A stretch of 64,000 nucleotides of DNA, taken from the NCBI GenBank assembly GCA_043228905.1, contig JBHGNT010000013.1, forward strand, positions 17,794,001 to 17,858,000. The letters run 5' to 3'. Both the position numbers and the translations under genes were made by a program. Below the pieces are notes generated by a model. It was not told where the DNA came from. It saw only the letters and a list, made by a program, of their open reading frames with translations, and searched no databases. Shown here piece after piece: positions 35,001-46,400 of the stretch (position 1 is the first letter of the stretch; each line of letters begins with the position of its first letter). The DNA comes from Azolla caroliniana (lineage: Eukaryota; Plantae; Polypodiophyta).

Positions 35001-36099
35001 CCGGCAATGGTACCGGAAGTTCGACTCCTTCATGACCGACGAAGGGTACCTCAAAACGCAGTCCGACCACTGCGTGTTTGTGAAGAAGTTCGAAGGAGGA
35101 GACTTTATAATACTCCTCCTGTACGTGGACGACATGTTGATCGTCGGACGGGACCAGGTCAAGATACGGATGCTGAAGAAGGCTCTTCACCGAACCTTCT
35201 CAATGAAGGACCTGGGTCCGGCGAGGCAAATACTAGGGATGCACATCATCCGGGACCGGAAGAAGAAGCAGTTGTGGCTGTCACAGGAGAAGTACGTGAC
35301 GAAGGTGCTTCACCGGTTCAACATGTCGGAAGCAAGACCGGTCGGATCGACCCTCCCGGCAAACTGCAAGCTGTCCAGCAAGCAATGTCCCAAGACAAAA
35401 GCTGAAAAGGAGGATATGATGAAAGTGCCGTATGCCTCAGCCGTCGGGAGCTTGATGTACGCCATGGTGTGTACGAGACCAGATATAGGATACGCAGTCG
35501 GAGTGGTGAGCCGGTACATGAGCAATCCCGGCAAAGAGCACTGGAACGCGGTCAAGTGGATACTCCGATACCTGAAGGGCACAGCGAATGTGTGCCTCCG
35601 ATTCGGCTCCGGTAAGCCCGAACTCGACGGCTTCACCGATTCGGATATGTCGGCTGATGCAGATACCAGCCGGTCCACATCAGGGTATGTGATGACGTAT
35701 GCAGGGGGAGCCGTTTCGTGGCAATCGAGGCTGCAGAAGACGGTTGCGTTGTCAACCACGGAGGCGGAGTACATGGCAGCTGTTGAAGCCGGCAAGGAAG
35801 TAATATGGATGAAGGACTTCATTAGAGAGCTCGGTATCCGGCAGGAGGAGTACCGACTCTACTGCGACAGTCAGAGTGCAATCCACCTTGCGAAGAACGC
35901 GGCCTATCACTCCCGGACGAAGCACATCCAGCGAAGATATCACTGGATCCGGGAAAGGATAGAAGACAAGGAGTTCGTGCTGACGAAGCTCCACACGGAC
36001 GAGAACGGGTCGGATATGCTGACCAAGGTGCTCACACCCGACAAGCTGGAAGCATGCCGGAAGAGGATCGGATTGGAGAGACATCCCATGCCGAAGTGA
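32023..36099 (+). CDS. Copia Gag-Pol polyprotein (1358 aa), intact
   Basis: ATG just after the PBS; CFHCGKPGHFRKNC, WVVDSGASFH, LWHKRLCH, LVHTDVC, YVDD, ALSTTEAEY, HSRTKHI in PR-INT-RT-RH order. Confidence 0.96.
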   Translation: MEGGGSGQPMMMVLNAQNYADWKIKMEDLLIVRDLYEPIDRSEIPKGVLESEWKLLNRKAVATIRQYVDVSVLQHVANDTNAYEMWKKLSGLYERKNALNRTSLMRKIVNLKYRDGESMVEHVSTFMGFVNQLAAIKFPLEDAMQAIILMCTLPDSWENLVVTLSTSCTEDNLSLQTVKTSILNEEARRRDKEPASDSKALLTESERGRHWNRSPQRREKSGTRSQSRGRPICFHCGKPGHFRKNCRHYRKDNGADDTDSKKSPERNGAYRGATDRRGPDRRGQDRKGTTALAASEEEIMLITEERELNLAGVEMTWVVDSGASFHLTPEKKYFSSYTAGEHGCVRMGNEGTCRIAGIGDVWLMTSTGCKMLLKDVRHVPEVRLNLISAGRLDDEGYTGSIRNGVMKFSKGSLIVARARKVNTLYLMNARLCPEELNVAADTAGELWHKRLCHMSEKGMKRLAEDNLIPVKHVHLEKCTDCLAGKQNRTSFHSRPPTRRSAPLELVHTDVCQVETKSHGGAQYFVTFIDDHSRKLWTAPLKTKDQVLSVFKELHARVERESGKKLKAIRADNGGEYRGQFQEYCRSKGIRLEFTVPKTPELNGLAERMNRTIMERVRSMLAHAKLPKGFWAEAMSTATYVINRSPSVPLDGDTPQKVWTGKEVSYRHLKVFGCLTYVHVAKDRRGKLDPKTRPCIFLGYGDDEFGYRVWDPVDKKIFRSRDIIFMEDKTLADWESEKKMKSSKSTGEDKLYEEQSRPARDRLTLEDPAEDGEETEPAEEDENDTGTGPDPEMDSDEEEESEEPVTEAPERRYPLRERRAPRRFPEPEHVLLTDEGEPESFEEAKHDTQSRRWLSAMQEEMDSLHENHTYELVELPKGKRALRNKWVFKLKPGDAGNPQRYKARIVVKGFQQKKGVDFDEIFAPVVKMTSIRTVLSIAASMDLEVEQMDVKTAFLHGDLEEEIYMQQPEGFEKKGKEHLVCRLKKSLYGLKQAPRQWYRKFDSFMTDEGYLKTQSDHCVFVKKFEGGDFIILLLYVDDMLIVGRDQVKIRMLKKALHRTFSMKDLGPARQILGMHIIRDRKKKQLWLSQEKYVTKVLHRFNMSEARPVGSTLPANCKLSSKQCPKTKAEKEDMMKVPYASAVGSLMYAMVCTRPDIGYAVGVVSRYMSNPGKEHWNAVKWILRYLKGTANVCLRFGSGKPELDGFTDSDMSADADTSRSTSGYVMTYAGGAVSWQSRLQKTVALSTTEAEYMAAVEAGKEVIWMKDFIRELGIRQEEYRLYCDSQSAIHLAKNAAYHSRTKHIQRRYHWIRERIEDKEFVLTKLHTDENGSDMLTKVLTPDKLEACRKRIGLERHPMPK

Positions 36100-36109
36100 A
36101 GGGGGAGTT
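36093..36109 (+). promoter_or_regulatory. Polypurine tract of the copia
   Basis: GAAGTGAAGGGGGAGTT directly before the 3' LTR. Confidence 0.9.
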
Positions 36110-36171
36110 TGTTGGGATTACGGTCCCTCCGGATGGGATGTCCGGAGATGAATGACGGCAAGCCCGGTTGC

Positions 36172-36389
36172 GGTTACGGAACCGGATGATGAAGACCCCG
36201 GTTACGGAGCCGGATGATGAAGACCCCGGTTACGGAGCCGGATGATGAAGACCCCGGTTACGGAACCGGATGATGAAGACCCCGGTTACGGAGCCGGATG
36301 ATGAAGACCCCGGTTACGGAGCCGGATGATGAAGACCCCGGTTACGGAGCCGGATGATGAAGACCCCGGTTACGGAACCGGATGATGAA
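36172..36389 (+). repeat. 28-bp tandem array in the U3 of the copia 3' LTR
   Basis: Same array and same A/G variant order as 31300-31517. Confidence 0.95.
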
Positions 36390-37336
36390 TGTACCCGGAG
36401 AGAGATCCGGATGCGGAGACATATTTGTGAATATGTTTGCCAAGAGCCCTTGAGGCTATATTTGTAAATAGCCCGAAAGTCATATGTGTATAAATATGAC
36501 TTAGGGCAAACAGTTTTATGTGGTTGTTGCTCATTGTCTGTTTTTCCACTTAGAGGGAGCGAAGTGAGAGCAGCCGAGAGAGAGAGAGAGAGAAACGAAG
36601 AGGTCGACGCCTCTGTGTAATACCGCCGCCTGTGGCGAGGACAGCGAGCTCAAGGTCGTCGCCTTGCAGCTCGCCATTGTATATTCCAGTGTATAGTGGT
36701 AGTTGGAGTCGTGCACTCCCGTGGTTTTTCCCGTTTAGGGTTTTCCACGTTATACCCTGTGTATTCATCTCTCTGTGTCTCTGTTTTCATTTTTCTGCTG
36801 CATTGATCCGTGTTGTCTCGGTTGTGGCCGAGAGGCGAAAGATTTGATAGCGTCAAAGCTTTACAGGAGTGAGATTTCGATTCACAAGCTCTGCCTCAGT
36901 CGAACTACATTGGATTAGACAACAATCGAATAGATCACTTGGCGCTACCCACTCGTTTGTCGTAATCACTCGTAGTTGTTTGGGCTCCATGAACAACCCC
37001 CTTCCATGCTTCATTCGGCTAGACAACGTTCAGAAAGATTAGCTAAATTTGTTCTTCTCATTGTCGTAGTCACCTGAAGCAGAATCAACCTGGATAATCG
37101 ACACATACTCCGTGTTCGGAAATCTAGAAAATCGACATTCGAGATCGAATCGACATACTCGAGTCCAACTCGACTAGGTTAGTCAGTCGTAGTCACTTTG
37201 GATCGAGTCTCCCGAATTTCGAATCAAATTCGGCTTGTGTTCAAACTCGGCTAGAACGAATTCGGACGAGCCAATATGTTGCACCCAACCATTGTTCGTA
37301 GCCAACCCTAAACAAAGCCCCCCAAAATCGACACAG

Positions 37337-40300
37337 ATGGCATCAACATCTGGCTCGTCAGAGATGAGTCTAAGGAAGTTCGACGGATCGAACTTCAACT
37401 TCTAGAAGGAGCAGATGCAAGACTATTTAATAGTCAAGGGGCAAATCGACCCCATCGAAAATGAAAATGCTCTAGAAGGATACAAGCCGCTTGAATGGGA
37501 GAATCTCAATAGAATTGTCTGAGCCACTATTCAGGTGCACTTATCCGAGTCCGTGTACTTTACGGTGCAATCGTGTTCGACTGCCTTCCAACTATGGAAG
37601 ACACTTTCAGACACTTGGTCGTCGCCACAAAGATGTATTTGATACGACGCCTCTATAACCTTCGAATGAAAGAATCTGATTCAGTCAAGCACACCTCAAC
37701 GAGTACGAAAGTCTAAGCTCCCAAATTTCAGCTCAAGGGACGACTATCGAGGATGAAGTAAGAGCAATGCTACTTATGAATAGTTTCCCCCCTTCGTGGG
37801 AAACTTTCGTCACAACCGTGTGCAACGCATCGACTGCGGTCGTTAAATACTCCTCAGTCACGAGCACAATTCTGACTAAAGTGCTCGGAGGAAATCAGTT
37901 GCAAACAATTCGGCCAATCATGCGTATGTAGTACAAGGTTCGATCAACCGATTGAACAGCCGAGGAAGAGGTTCTTCACGGCAACCGAACAACCAGCAAA
38001 GTTGGAGCAAGTCCCAACATAATCGAGTCTGCAATTATTGCAAGAAACCTGGACACATCAAAGCCGATTGTCTTTCACTCAAGGCCAGAAACAATAACAC
38101 TCAACAAGCGGATCAGAAGAGTGACCGGCATGAGGAGATAAACTATGTCAGCTCTTCAGCTGAAGTATTGTCGAACAATCGAAACATTCTATCCATTGAA
38201 AACCTAGTCGAATCAGAAATTCTGTTTACGATTGAGGAATCGAGCACATGGCTCTTGGATTCGGGTGCTTCATATCATGTGACTCCTCATCGATCACAAT
38301 TTCTGCAATATTCAGCCCGACATTCCAACTCAATTCGAGTCGGAAACTCGCAACACTGTGCGATTATCGGAATCGGCACAGTAGAGCTCAACCTTTCGGG
38401 TGGCTCTATAGTAGTACTACATAATGTCTGACATGTACCTAAGCTGTCAAGACCTTTGATCTCAATCGAACAATTGGATGAAGATGGCATCCGTGCCGAC
38501 TTCTCATCAGGAGGGTGGACACTCAACATGGGGAACCTCATGCTTGCTCGAGGACTGAAAGTATACTCGTTGTACCTGCTATATGTCACACTCAGAGAGG
38601 GTGACTTATTCTTGGTCGAAATTCCCATGTCATCACTTTGTGTAAAGAATCGGGTATGATTCTTGTGTGGCGGAAGAGATGTGTGTTATGTGTATGTGTG
38701 AGAGGAAAGAGAGAAGAGAAGAGAAACACAAGATAGATTAGATAGAATGGGAACACAATAAAGTACTCAAGAAGAAGATATATATTCACAAGTAAAATAA
38801 GAGATACAAAAATGTAGCATTACAAGGAGTCACAACCAACTTAGTATGAAGTATGAGGAGGGTGCTTTATATATAGTCACCCTCTCTCTTCATTAGTTAC
38901 TAAGTACAACAACCACTCTCTCTTGGGGAATGTGAAGACTCATAGGCATGGGGAATATGTAACTCATTAGTTATGTGTTATAGAATATGATTCTATGACA
39001 CATAGTTAATGTGTAGAGAGTAGTGGTGTGACTCTTGATCTTTGAGTAATCATAGTTTCTCAAAAGGTGTGTTCACACGTTGCACTATGTTAAGCTTGAT
39101 TCTCAACACTTTGATATGGAAGACTCGGACACCTCAGCAAGGCCGACATCACGCATTTATCCAGAGCCAGATACATCCCCAAACTCTCCTTCTTGGATCA
39201 TCAGTTCTACGAGCATTGCCAATACGGCAAACAAATAGCCACATCACATCCGATATCAGCACCGAGAGAATCGAGTCCCCTCGATTTGTTCCACTCGGAT
39301 GTCTATGGTCCTATGCCACATCAATCTCTCGGTGGTGCCTTGTATTTCGTCAGCTTTATTGATGACTTGACTTGAAAGGTGTTGGCTTACCCAATTAAAA
39401 CTAAAGATGGAGTGTTCTCGATTTTTTCCATTGGCTCGCTATGGTTGAGAATCAATCCGGCCGAAAATTGAAATGCTTTCGGACCTATAACAGGGGAGAG
39501 TTCAAATAAGAGGAATTCGTCAGATTTTGCCGACAACGCGGCATAAGATGTGAATTTACGAAACCATATGGTCCAGAGCAGAACGGAATTTCCGAGCGGA
39601 TGAATCAGACAGTTCAAGAAAGGATAGCATCCATACTCCAACACTCTGAACTATCGGATGACTTCTGGGCAAAGGCACTACTTACGGCAGTACACATAAT
39701 CAATATGTCACCAAGTAGGCCTCTAGGACTTCAGATACCTCAGGAATTACAAACCCACAATAAGCCGAATTATGATAAGCAGAGGATTTTCGGGTGCAAG
39801 GTGTACACCCTCATCCCGAGAGATGATCGCCGCAAACTTGCACCAAGGTTCAGGAAATGTATTTTCCTTTGTTATGGACCAGATGGTGAAATCGGCTAGC
39901 GACTCTGGGACCCTGAGCACGGATAGATTGTCTGAAGTTCGAACGTAGTGTTCAATGAGTCAGCCATGCATCAATAGGCCGAAAAGTCGATCGAAGTCCG
40001 AAGGGTAATTTTTTCGGATGTGCCAACTCTGCACAAAGGCCCATCACACAACACAAGGTCGCTTTCACGGGTAGCCGAAACCTCGAGTTCCGACTCGACT
40101 GCATCCGAATGTTTCAGCTTCAAACCATCCGACTACGACAACCAATGTGACTAGTCTAGCCATACCTCGAAGATCCGAGAGATTGTCGCAGCCCCTAAAT
40201 AGATACTCTCCTGGTATCTTCTTTACAGACGCCTGAGAACCGACTTCATACGAAGAAGCATCGACATCTAGCCATGGAGTCGGAAATGAACTCCATTTGC

Positions 40301-41850
40301 GCAAACAAAACTTGGGACTTGGTCGGATTACCGAAGAATTGATGCACTCTCCCATGCAAATGGGTCTATCGAGTAAACAAAACTTGGAACTTGGTCAAAT
40401 TACCCAAGAATCGATGTGCTCTCCCATGCTAGTGGGTCTATCGAGTTAAAGAGACGTCTAATTTGGCCACCCCAAAATTCAAGGCCGGACTAGTAGCTAA
40501 GGGTTTTCAACAAGAATATGGCGTCGATTTCGACGAAATATTTTCATCAGTGTTGAAAATGACAACCCTTTGACTCATGCTCGGCGTCATGGCAGTCGAG
40601 GACTTAGAGCTGATTCAACTAGATGTCAAAACAACATTCCTCCATGGTGATCTAGAGGAGGAAATTTATATGGAGTAGCCGAAAGGCTTCGTGGCACCCG
40701 GTCAAGAACATCTAGTCTGCCGACTCGGACGGAGTCTTTACAGCTTGAAACAGGCACCACGACAGTGGTATAAGAAGTTCGATGACTTCATTCAGTCGGT
40801 CGGTTTCTCAAAGAGCAATGAGGACCAATGTCTCTTCACAAAAACCGCTCGAGATGGGTCACCCATCTTCCTCATCATCCACGTGGATGACATTCTAATC
40901 TCCAGTCGGCAAGTCGGAGAGCTTGCCGAACTCGTTCGGTAACTGCGGTTGAAGTTTGCCATGAAGGACCTCGGTCCGGCAAGACACATTCTCGACATGA
41001 AGATTAGTCGGAATCGAAATCAAAGAGAATTGTTTCTATCCCAGTCCGACTATATTAAAGTGTCTTCGAACACTTCAACATGCAATTGGCGAAATATGCT
41101 TCGACCCCGCTCCCCATTAGCCTACGACTGTCTCACCGAGATTGCCGAATATCTGGTTCGGAGGGGAAACTATGAAGTCGGTATCGTATGCACCGGCAGT
41201 CGGCTCCCTGATGTACGCATGGTCATGACACGACCTGACATTGCTCTCGTCGTAGGGTCGGCAGCAGATTCATGCACAACCTTGGCCGATCACAATGGAA
41301 CGCAATAAATCATGTGTTTAGATATCTGGGGGGCACAAAAGGCCTCAGCATTCTATTCAGTCTGAACGATACTTCAGGCATAGTCGGCTACACCGACTCT
41401 AACTTTGCCGGTTGTGTGGACAGTCGAAGATCGACAACCGGATATTGCTTTATATTCGGCAATAGAGCAATCTCGTGGAAATTGAAACTTCAGAAGTGCC
41501 ATCAACGACCGAGGCCGAATAAGTAGTTGCGTCCGATGCGGCGAAAGAGGCGGGCCTACGGCTCGGTCGGTTGGCTTGCATGTTTCAACAAGTCGAATCC
41601 AACTCGGCTCTAGTTGTCTACAGTGACAACCAGGGCATTGTCGCTCTGTCGAAAAATCCAGTTCATCACAACGCCTCGAAGCACATCGACGTTCAATATC
41701 ACTTTGTTCGGGACTGTGTCACTTCAAGGAAAATTGGCCTCGAGAAGATATCTACAACCGATAATGTCGCAGATGGGATGAGGAAGTGTCTTTCGAAGGA
41801 TCGATTCTGATCCCTTCGGCACCAGATGGGCATTACAAAAAATTGGTCCA
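37337..41850 (+). pseudogene. Disrupted gag-pol of the older copia
   Basis: Fragments CNYCKKPGHIKADC, WLLDSGASYH, FHSDVYGP, LYSLKQAPRQWY, HVDD, GYTDSNFAG, HNASKHIDV with many stops and frameshifts. Confidence 0.9.
38641..39108 (-). mobile_element. Solo LTR (468 bp) inserted in the old copia pol
   Basis: TGTAAAGAATC..GATTCTCAACA termini; TSD CTTTG at 38636-38640 and 39109-39113; host SL(W).GRLGHLS motif rejoins across it; CTATATATAAAGC TATA on the minus strand. Confidence 0.88.
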
Positions 41851-42152
41851 ATTAAGTTGGACACTCAGGATGTTTTTGAAAAATCGACTTCGACAGTTCT
41901 GTTTTTCGAAGTTCACCCACTAGATCGAAATTTCGATTTTCTCGAAAACTTTGTATCAATCTAAACCCTAAACCCTAAACACTAGGTCTAGGCTATTTAT
42001 GTAAATAGTGAGAAGATATAATTTAGTTCATCTTGTGCCCAGTGTCTCTCTCTCTCTCTCTTGCGTTCTAAGTGGATCATTGTTTTCTATCTCTGTTGCC
42101 ATAAATCTCTGTTTTCTATCTCTTCTATCCAATCTATTTTCCTTCTTTTACT

Positions 42153-42398
42153 TTAGTTTGGTCTATTGATTAGTAATAGACTCTTGACACTAACATGCTC
42201 GTCCATTTGGATGTCGACATATGCAACAAACTCCCCTCCTTATTTCTAAGTGTTATCTACATCATATTGATCTATTGATTAGTTTGGTCTATTGATTAGT
42301 AATAGACTCTTGACACTAACATGCTCGTCCATTTGGATGTCGACATATGCAACAAACTCCCCTCCTTATTTCTAAGTGTTATCTACATCATATTGATC
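42153..42398. repeat. About 126-bp tandem duplication spanning the LTR-X right junction
   Basis: TTAGTTTGGTCTATTGATTAG...CATCATATTGATC twice, near-identical. Confidence 0.85.
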
Positions 42399-42612
42399 AA
42401 GCTCATTCCCAAGTAGCTTGGGAAGAAACTTGAGGTAAGACATAATGGGTACAATGTTTACAATTGGACAAAGCTCTAGTTCAAGTTCTAATGAGATATT
42501 AATGTCAAATTGTAGCTTTGAAACATAGAATTTCCTCTAATCAATTTACTAAATCATGTCTAAGACATCATTTTAAAAGTTTAACCTTGAATGCAAGTTA
42601 GATGGTAGTATG

Positions 42613-43083
42613 TGTTATGAGTCTATTACTAATCAATAGACCAATAAAGTAAAATAGAGTAAATAGATTGGATAAAAGAACCCGTTCCACTGACCACCCC
42701 CAAGCTCTAATCAAGACATAACCAACTTACCATCGATGTCCTATATCGACAAATATTAGGATGACTAATACTTTGGAAGAGATAACACGATCATTGTGAC
42801 GAAAGCCTAGCCCGCACCACCAATGTCTTAAGACAACAACCTTTCGACGTAATGTGTCTTATGAGGGTTGCCAAGCCTCATATTTATACCTCTTCCTAGG
42901 CCCCTTGAATAGATGTGTCGTTTTAAAAGACTCTGCATTCATTTGTTGTCACGATCATGATGGACTTGCGTCTAGCATTCCTTCTATCCAATCACATTAG
43001 TCCCTTTCTAACATTAGTGAACATACCCTTCACTTATGTAAATATCAATGACCTACCCTCCCCTACGTTATGTGTGCATAACA
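42613..43083 (-). mobile_element. Solo LTR family X (471 bp), inverted relative to the 30362 copy
   Basis: TGTTATG..CATAACA termini, TSD GTATG/ATATG; reverse complement aligns with 30362-30720 and 42120-42189. Confidence 0.85.
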
Positions 43084-44650
43084 ATATGTAATTTCAAGTC
43101 TACTTTATATACGTTGGACCTTTTATCGCAAGGAAACAACATTCACATGTCACAAATCAGGAAAAGTAAAGCATATGTTAATGTTGTATATGGAAGAGAG
43201 AATGTGATGCATGTGCGCATGGCATATCACAAACATGCATATGTGATATAAAGAATATGCAAGGCAACAACTCATATAATAATCATAAAAACTTGACTAA
43301 CCTTGTTGTGTTGAACGATTACAAAATAAAACACAAACATTTTTAAATATTCATGGATGTTACTAGGAGAGCGGGAATAAGATATGCAAATTTCAAACCA
43401 ACAACCATAAGCCCTCATACCCATCGATGGATTTCTTAGAGATAATGCCCATGGGCCCTCAAGTACCAACAATAGTTTCCTAAATCACTTCAATTGGGGT
43501 TCATCATTTTGACTGCTCAAATGTTTCGTGAAAGGAGAATGTCACCATTCAGAATTCAAATGCGTTTTAGCATAGAAGAATGGTCACTTGTGATCATACT
43601 TTAATAAGAATGAGGGTCTTGGTCTTGTTAATAGAATTAAGCTAAAACCCATTAGTGGCCCTTTTTATTGCTCCATTTCAATATATGCAAATATAGCATG
43701 TACCTCTCTTTATTTTTAAGTGTTGTTTGCATCAATGATAAACTATGATAAACTAAGGAGGGGGTTTCTTCTAATCAATTATTCGATCATCATGTGAAAT
43801 AAATTCTTTTAAACATTGAACCTTCAACACTAGGTGGATGTTAGTACTTGGATGCAATTCTAGTTTATAGTATACATATTGTTGCCTTTATTAGACTACT
43901 TCTCCCTTGAGGCATAAATTACAAGAAAACAACAATCACATGTAACGAATCATGAAAAGTAAAAAACATACAATACTTTCTTGCGGCCAACAACAATCAC
44001 ATGTCACTTCAAATCCTTATCAATCAATGCAATTCCCAATGCATTTGCACTTGATCAAAAACAATAAGTGAGACATGATGGGTATGAAGTTTTCCATTTG
44101 GTCAAGCAGTAGTTTGGGTTTGAGTTTTCTCTAGCTATCTACTACATCATCATGTCCAAGATAGTCTTTTAGACATTTAACATTCAACATGGGATGGATG
44201 ATATAGTACAATAAATTATTGTTTGTAAGATACACACCCTTGTCTTTATTAGGGCATGAATCTTAATTTGCAAGAAAATAGCAATCACATATCACAAATT
44301 GCGAAGAGTAGATCAATATTTGAACATCGAACCAAAAACGTGATGCATGTGAGTTTTCAATGTCACAAAACACAATAGATTGATGTTGCGTCCATGAAAA
44401 TAATAAGAATATGCAATGCAACACATGTATGATGTAAGAGCCAATTATTTCCGCATTTGTTTACTAACTAACTAAGAATAGTAGTAAACATTTGTGTTCT
44501 TAGGTTGGCCAACTTATTGTCAACAAAAATACATATTCTTTATTTTGGGTCTCAAAACAAGATAAAATTGGAAATTTACATAGAAAATACTCTACATTGA
44601 GGGTGATATAAGTCTAAGATATTAAGGAGTCTCATGTCATTTACTAATGT

Positions 44651-44689
44651 TGAGTGAGTGAGTGAGTGAGTGCGTGAGTGAGTGAGTGA

Positions 44690-44741
<52 letters not shown>
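44651..44741. repeat. (GAGT)n(GT)n microsatellite
   Basis: Seen directly. Confidence 0.9.
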
Positions 44742-44743
<2 letters not shown>

Positions 44744-44879
44744 TATCCCATGCTGGAAGGTTCCACATTAACCATTTCACATAGTGATAGGCCCAACGGC
44801 ATTTTGTATAGAACTTGACCTATTTCTGGCTTTTTGTTTCTTTTGTGTGCCCTTAAACCAACACCCATGTATTTCAAGA

Positions 44880-46400
44880 TGGTTGAGGATATATGTGTTA
44901 CGAATGACAAAGGTACAACGTGGTGCAACATAGAATGCAAATGGGAAGCTTTCAAGAAAGTTATTCCTGAAACAAATGCTTTTTGGCTAAGCGCATACTT
45001 GTAAAAGCATCAAGAAGCTCAAAAGTATTTTATGAGTTATGTGGCAATCAAGGAAAAAGAAAATCATCAAACACATTTGCATGACTACAAAAATCTTATT
45101 CAAAGAAAGAGAAAAAGTCAATAATTTCTCAAGAAACTTGAAGAGAGTCATTCAAGTATTAATGGTTTATACTATATAGTATAGCTTCGTAAACTTCAAG
45201 AAAGGTTATGATATGTGAGCATCTTTAGAGGCACATGGAAGAACATTGGTATAGAGTGAATAAATACTTGTAATTTCTCGAATTTATAAGAAGGTATATG
45301 CCATGTCCATTTGAGAAGGATGCTACTCTCACCAACTTTATTTAGTGACTGCATTGATGAATTAGAACAAATGGTTTCCAAGTTTATTAAGGAAAAAGGC
45401 ACCTAAGAACGTGCTATTGGGAATGTCGTCATGATGCTTTAATTACATGCAGGTGATGTGTTGCTTTTAGCAAATACTTTAGGAGAGTTTTACATTCATA
45501 TTAAGTTGAGCATTAATTCCTCTAAAACAAATTTTATGTATGTGATGAGCCAAAATAAGGATAAACAATGCATTATGTACAATAATGGTGCACTTAAACC
45601 ATGTAAAGCTTTAAATACCTTGAAGTAAAAGTTCCCTTGAATCATTAAATATTTTGCCTGCCTCTTAAATGGTGGGAAAAAGAGCATATCACACCTTTAA
45701 GAACATATGCAACAGTGAAGAAACTAAATGTTGTGTCCACAAGAAATACCTTTTCAAAACTTTGGGGACGTCGGTGCTTCACGATGGGGCAAAAGTAGCA
45801 TCTCTAACTCATTCAACTTGGAAATAGCCAAAAGCATTTTCTTACAAAGTTTCTTGAAATCAAGAAACGAATGTCATCCACCATCCTACTTCTTGAGGTG
45901 GGGTCACTTCTCATTGAGATTCATGGCCATGGAAAGGGTTAACTTTGTTGAGTACATGCTTAAGATTCAAAAAAATCCCTTACATCAATTTCCTATAATT
46001 GTATGGGAAGCAAGAAAAAATATCCAAATGACGCATAAAAGCAAAATTGTTCGTTTCGGTGGGATGCAATATGCGAGTAAATGGTTTGGAAGATGGATGC
46101 CAAACGTTTACTTTATGATATTAATCAATAAATTCCTCTGTGAAGGAGGCCTTTTTGCAATGCCAATGTATCATGACATGGGGAAAATGTGGAGGCTCAT
46201 GCTTCATGCAATATACTACATATACTATAAAACCATATTCTTCTGTTAATTGAACCATGGCTTCTAAACGACTTAATTCACACTCGCCTCAATATGAGAT
46301 TGGACATCAAGGTACATATGAGGAGCCTAATCACCTGTGCACATTTTCCCCTAAACATGTTCCAAACTTTGAATATCATAGTTTCATACAATGGTTTGCC
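44880..46400 (+). mobile_element. Highly decayed RTE-like LINE
   Basis: Degenerate LLYADDV.LL near 45440-45475 and KYL(G) near 45613; ORF 45728..46249 resembles the post-RT region of plant RTE-like LINEs. Confidence 0.5.

Larger units (their letters stand above)
31238..36865 (+). mobile_element. Intact young Ty1/copia LTR retrotransposon (Tnt1/Tork-like)
   Basis: 756-bp LTRs at 31238-31993 and 36110-36865 (1 mismatch by eye); TSD GGAGT at 31233-31237 and 36866-36870; PBS, PPT and intact polyprotein present. Confidence 0.98.
30721..42108 (+). mobile_element. Older, decayed Ty1/copia element (host of the young copia and of a solo LTR)
   Basis: 5' LTR TGTTG..CAACA at 30721-31037 followed by a degenerate Met PBS (..TATTAGAGC); partial, deleted 3' LTR at about 41979-42108 matching it. 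Confidence 0.85.
30362..42189 (+). mobile_element. Solo LTR (family X) split by nested insertions
   Basis: 30362-30720 plus about 42110-42189 reconstruct a copy of the inverted solo LTR at 42613-43083; TSD CTAAC at 30357-30361 and 42190-42194. Confidence 0.8.
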
